Origin: an uncultured delta proteobacterium
Lineage (GTDB): Bacteria; Desulfobacterota; SM23-61
NCBI GenBank assembly: GCA_963760605.1
Contig: CAVXFA010000075.1
Location: 11,237-75,236 of the forward strand
Length of the DNA stretch: 64,000 bases
Reading direction: 5' to 3'
The notes beneath the pieces were generated by a model. It saw only the letters and a program-made list of their open reading frames with translations, was not told the origin of the DNA and ran no database searches. Both the position numbers and the translations under genes were made by a program. Below, piece by piece: positions 60,996-64,000 of the stretch. The stretch's first letter is position 1; each line of letters starts with the position of its first letter.

Positions 60996-61398
60996 AGCGT
61001 TCATTGACACCAGCGTGATTCTCAGGCTGCTGATCAAGGATGACCCGGTGAAAGCCAGATCTTGCGAAAAACTGTTGAAAGAAGCAGAACAGCGGGGACT
61101 GATTCTATATTTATTACCGGTAGCCATAATGGAGACTGTATGGGTGTTGGAAAAAATTTATAAATTCGAGAGAAAAACCATAAGGGAAATCATAGAAGCC
61201 ATCCTTAATACCCCGCAGTTGAAGATTGAGATGGAGACCGTTTTTAGGAAGGCCATAAGGAACTACGAAGAAAAGAATATAAAATTTGCGGATGCCATGA
61301 TGGGATACTGGGGACTGGAAAAAGATCTTTCCATTATATTTACCTATGACGAAAAGGATTATAAGAAGATTGAAGGCCTCGAGGTTCGAAAACCATGA
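60988..61398 (+). CDS. vapC: PIN-domain toxin VapC (copy 2).
   Basis: It is about 93 percent identical to 57868..58278. Confidence 0.8.
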   Translation: MTKAFIDTSVILRLLIKDDPVKARSCEKLLKEAEQRGLILYLLPVAIMETVWVLEKIYKFERKTIREIIEAILNTPQLKIEMETVFRKAIRNYEEKNIKFADAMMGYWGLEKDLSIIFTYDEKDYKKIEGLEVRKP

Positions 61399-61658
61399 CA
61401 GGCCCTAGTCCGAAAATCCCAAAGCAATTCCCAAAACCAATCGGTAGTTTCCGTTACCAACGCCTCACCTGAATTCTCTTCGCCCAGTCTTGACGTCGCT
61501 CGGTAGTTTTCTTCAATAGCGTATTTCCATAACCTGTCCCTGCCCCCTGGAATAAGCAGGCAAAGAAAATAGACCCCGCTGGTGGTTGGCAAAAGCTTGG
61601 AAAATTTTAAGAGAGAAATAACGTTAATCATGAAAGCTATATTTAAAGGTATTTAAAG

Positions 61659-61709
61659 GGGACGGTTCTATTTATTGCAGTCCTCAATTTCGGAAAATAG
61701 AACCGTCCC
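61659..61709 (+). repeat. Hairpin junction element copy H6 (perfect consensus).
   Basis: The sequence is gggacggttctattt-attgcagtcctcaatttcgga-aaatagaaccgtccc. The upstream tatttaaagg is tandemly duplicated. Confidence 0.75.
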
Positions 61710-61842
61710 AATTTTCCAAAGGTCAAACTTTCTCCCAGCATCCCACCCTAGCCGTGTACGGGACAAAGTAGACAAGTCGGATTTCCTTGGACTCCGGTAG
61801 GCCTGCGGGACAAAAGGGAATTTCCAATCGGGCATTTTGCAA

Positions 61843-62274
61843 ATGAAAATCAAGTTACGACAAGACCTCGCTCCAGACCCGGATTTCTATTACCATCAAC
61901 AGTTTAAAATCTATCACGAGCCCTATTTGATTTGGGACAAAGAAACATGCGAGTTGGCGCTCAGCGCATGCAGCGTCTATCAGATCGAAGTAGATGGGAG
62001 ATACGCCGGAGACCTGTTATTGGAGGACCAGAGGGAAGGTACCAAGTACATCCTTGACTTCGGCCTTTTGCCCGAGTATCAGGGGAAGGGGTTGGGAAAA
62101 GCGGTTGTTGAGCAGTTCAACAAAATGGGCGGGAAATTCACTGCTGTCACGCGAAAGGAAACTCTTGGTTTTTTCCTGAAATCCGGGTTCGTTTTGCGAA
62201 GAACGATAAGGGATTATTACCGTCCTGGGGTGGATGGATATTTTATTGCTTTCGATGGAAAAACCAAGGATTAG
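61843..62274 (+). CDS. GNAT-family N-acetyltransferase (copy 2).
   Basis: It is about 93 percent identical to 58731..59162. Confidence 0.7.
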   Translation: MKIKLRQDLAPDPDFYYHQQFKIYHEPYLIWDKETCELALSACSVYQIEVDGRYAGDLLLEDQREGTKYILDFGLLPEYQGKGLGKAVVEQFNKMGGKFTAVTRKETLGFFLKSGFVLRRTIRDYYRPGVDGYFIAFDGKTKD

Positions 62275-62362
62275 TATAAAAGGATCATCTCCGAAATAGT
62301 TGGCAAGAGCTTGGAGAATTTTAAGAGAGAAAAAACGTTAATCATGAAAGCTATATTTAAAG

Positions 62363-62413
62363 GGGACGGGTCTATTTATTGCAGTCCTCAATTTCGGAAA
62401 ATAGAACCGTCCC
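62363..62413 (+). repeat. Hairpin junction element copy H7.
   Basis: The sequence is gggacgggtctattt-attgcagtcctcaatttcgga-aaatagaaccgtccc, with the conserved upstream arm. Confidence 0.7.
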
Positions 62414-62474
62414 AATTTCCCATTGTTATCGATTTATTGCCACCTGGGACACGACGTCCCCATTTCCATTCATT

Positions 62475-63158
62475 TCACTTTGTCTTTTTTAGTTCGTCAA
62501 ATTCGTCTTTTGGCATATTCATTATGGTGTCCGCTGCTTCGTTTAATTTCTGGACCGACTCGTTCATCTCAGCGCGGCCCCGTTCCATTAATGCCATTTC
62601 TACCTCGAAAAGACGTTGAAATATGGCGTGAGCTTTCGTCTTGTTCGGCTCCACTCCTTCGCCACCCAGGGAATAGTTTCTCGCTAACGCGAGCAGGTTC
62701 ACCCGTGCCATAGGCGCTAACCATCCGCCACTTCTTCCAACTCTCACATACCATTCTATGGCTTTCTCTTCATTTTGTTGAACACCTTCCCCCTTGAGAT
62801 ACATATCCGCCAGTGTTAGCGCGGCATAAAAGTCTCCCCTTTCGGCCCCTAGGCGATACCACTTGGCAGCTTCGACGAGGTTCTTCTTGACGCCTTCCCC
62901 GTGTTGGTAACAGAACCCAAGCTGAAACGGAGCATAAGCATCGCCTTGGTTGACTTTGTCTTTCCATGATTGAATCATTTCGGCTGTTGCGCCTTCTGCG
63001 CGAGAAAGGGATGGTATAAAAAGGATCATCCAGCAAATCAGCCCAAGAATAAGAAATCGTATCATTTCTTTGAGGTTTATATTTGGGACCAAAGCTCGCC
63101 ACTTAGAACATGTATCAGTGTTCATTTCAGTCCTCCTATTTTTATTATTGTTACGCAC
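62475..63158 (-). CDS. Sel1-repeat (TPR-like) protein with an N-terminal membrane/signal segment.
   Basis: Repeated Sel1-like units are present (GDAYAPFQLGFCYQHGEGVKKNLVEAAKWY, GDFYAALTLADMYLKGEGV). Confidence 0.6.
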   Translation of the reverse strand: MRNNNKNRRTEMNTDTCSKWRALVPNINLKEMIRFLILGLICWMILFIPSLSRAEGATAEMIQSWKDKVNQGDAYAPFQLGFCYQHGEGVKKNLVEAAKWYRLGAERGDFYAALTLADMYLKGEGVQQNEEKAIEWYVRVGRSGGWLAPMARVNLLALARNYSLGGEGVEPNKTKAHAIFQRLFEVEMALMERGRAEMNESVQKLNEAADTIMNMPKDEFDELKKTK

Positions 63159-63269
63159 AACGACCAGGCTAACCCGCCGGGAACCGGACGGCGCGAAGGA
63201 CGTCGATCTGAGGCCACACTCAACTCGCCGGCCGGTTCCCGGTCAGGTTGAGCGTCTTGATGTTTCGCT

Positions 63270-63788
63270 TCATTTGAGGCTGATTTTCAATCCGTCTTCT
63301 TTCATTTGTAGCAACGCTTCTGCATTGCCACGAGCATCATCAACAGGATGATGGGTATGCTTCGTTTTTCGCAGGTGCTTGAAGTTGGTGAATGCGTCCT
63401 TCACGAGGCCTTTGTAAAGCGAGCCTAGATTGGACGAGCTGTGCCCGAAAGGATTAGTGCCAAGGAAATGATGAAAATACCAATTGATGAATTGCCAATC
63501 GAACCCATTGTTATCGGAGATGAAGAACGGACGCCCGCTGCTGTTGGCCTCGATCCAGGAGTTGAATTGATCCATGACGGTTTTGGGGTCTGCAAACTGG
63601 AGCGTTTCCTCGCGGGTGAATCCGCTGACGGCGAGCGCCTCGGGGAGCCATTTGTCGGAAATTGGCTTCAATTTACCGCAAAACGACTTTTGGAGCGATG
63701 GTTCGACGACGATGGCACCGAAGCAGATCATCGAGTAGTCGCCCGGTATCGGACCATCGGATTCGACATCGATCATGATGTAGCTCAT
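63270..63788 (-). CDS. DEDDh-family 3'-5' exonuclease domain protein.
   Basis: The Exo I motif MIDVESDG is present, with Exo II/III-like blocks (FISDNNGFD, HHPVDDARGNA). Confidence 0.6.
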   Translation of the reverse strand: MSYIMIDVESDGPIPGDYSMICFGAIVVEPSLQKSFCGKLKPISDKWLPEALAVSGFTREETLQFADPKTVMDQFNSWIEANSSGRPFFISDNNGFDWQFINWYFHHFLGTNPFGHSSSNLGSLYKGLVKDAFTNFKHLRKTKHTHHPVDDARGNAEALLQMKEDGLKISLK

Positions 63789-63818
63789 GCGATATCCTGT
63801 ATTTAAAGTATTTAAAGG

Positions 63819-63869
63819 GGACGGTTCTATTTATTGCGGTCCGCAATTTCGGAAAATAGAACCGTCCCA
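63819..63869 (+). repeat. Hairpin junction element copy H8 (compensated loop variant).
   Basis: The sequence is gggacggttctattt-attgcggtccgcaatttcgga-aaatagaaccgtccc. The upstream tatttaaag is tandemly duplicated. Confidence 0.7.
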
Positions 63870-64000
63870 ATTTTCACTGCATGGATCGCCACAGCCGTAC
63901 GGGATGGGGCCGTTGTGTCCAAGATTTCTTTATTACCTTTGTCCGACAGGTGCTCTCTTACTTCGTTATTCTTGTTATCGATTTATTGCCACCTGGGATG

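Noticed and set aside
57400-64000. Possible CRISPR array, suggested by the recurring identical 51-nt sequence.
   Set aside because: Copies are spaced irregularly, 700-1250 bp apart. The intervening DNA encodes full genes rather than short spacers. The unit is itself a perfect hairpin embedded in a larger conserved arm of about 115 bp. No cas genes are present.
1-64000. tRNA or rRNA genes or a tRNA-associated integration site at the island boundary.
   Set aside because: No cloverleaf-like sequences were spotted by eye (no GTTCGAATCC-type T-arm). The island begins directly after the glcF stop. A tRNAscan run would be needed to be certain.

Overview
This 64-kb window appears to be bacterial chromosome, with a gene set suggesting an anaerobe (deltaproteobacterial or Nitrospirota-like); this taxonomic guess is only an impression. 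Positions 1-44.6 kb look like core genome: a smc-ftsY pair, COG2509 FAD oxidoreductase, YhaM-like HD/OB nuclease, endonuclease V, an AKR-ferredoxin fusion, a VapBC pair, an IS4-family IS, a 1318-aa adenylate-cyclase/AAA/TPR signalling protein, an SNF2 helicase operon, SPFH, a TolB-like beta-propeller, nitroreductase, O-methyltransferase, two tandem Slp-like lipoproteins, metallophosphoesterase, amidase, FAH hydrolase, EcsC, LOG, M23 peptidase, HD hydrolase and a glcDEF-like operon. Immediately after the glcF stop (about 44.65 kb) the sequence becomes an AT-richer accessory island that runs to the end of the window. It contains a His-Xaa-Ser (Hxs) radical-SAM RiPP-like cluster, an ImmA/IrrE-like HExxH peptidase, a secreted PLD-family nuclease, an IS1595-family transposase, a possible P63C-like protein (tentative), a BglII-like type II R-M pair, a 778-aa protein with an Mrr-cat-like N-terminus, and a cassette-like array. 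The cassettes are AbrB-PIN toxin-antitoxin modules (two near-identical copies plus one remnant), GNAT acetyltransferases (two copies plus one remnant), a HEPN/MNT pair, a Sel1-repeat protein and a DEDDh exonuclease. They are separated by 8 same-orientation copies of a conserved hairpin junction element (15-bp perfect stem, 21-nt loop), reminiscent of integron attC sites or a CALIN; no integrase is visible in the window. Three otherwise conserved genes (smc, the COG2509 oxidoreductase, nfi) carry single-base frameshifts, which suggests either indel-type assembly errors or gene decay. No rRNA, tRNA or CRISPR array was recognised.
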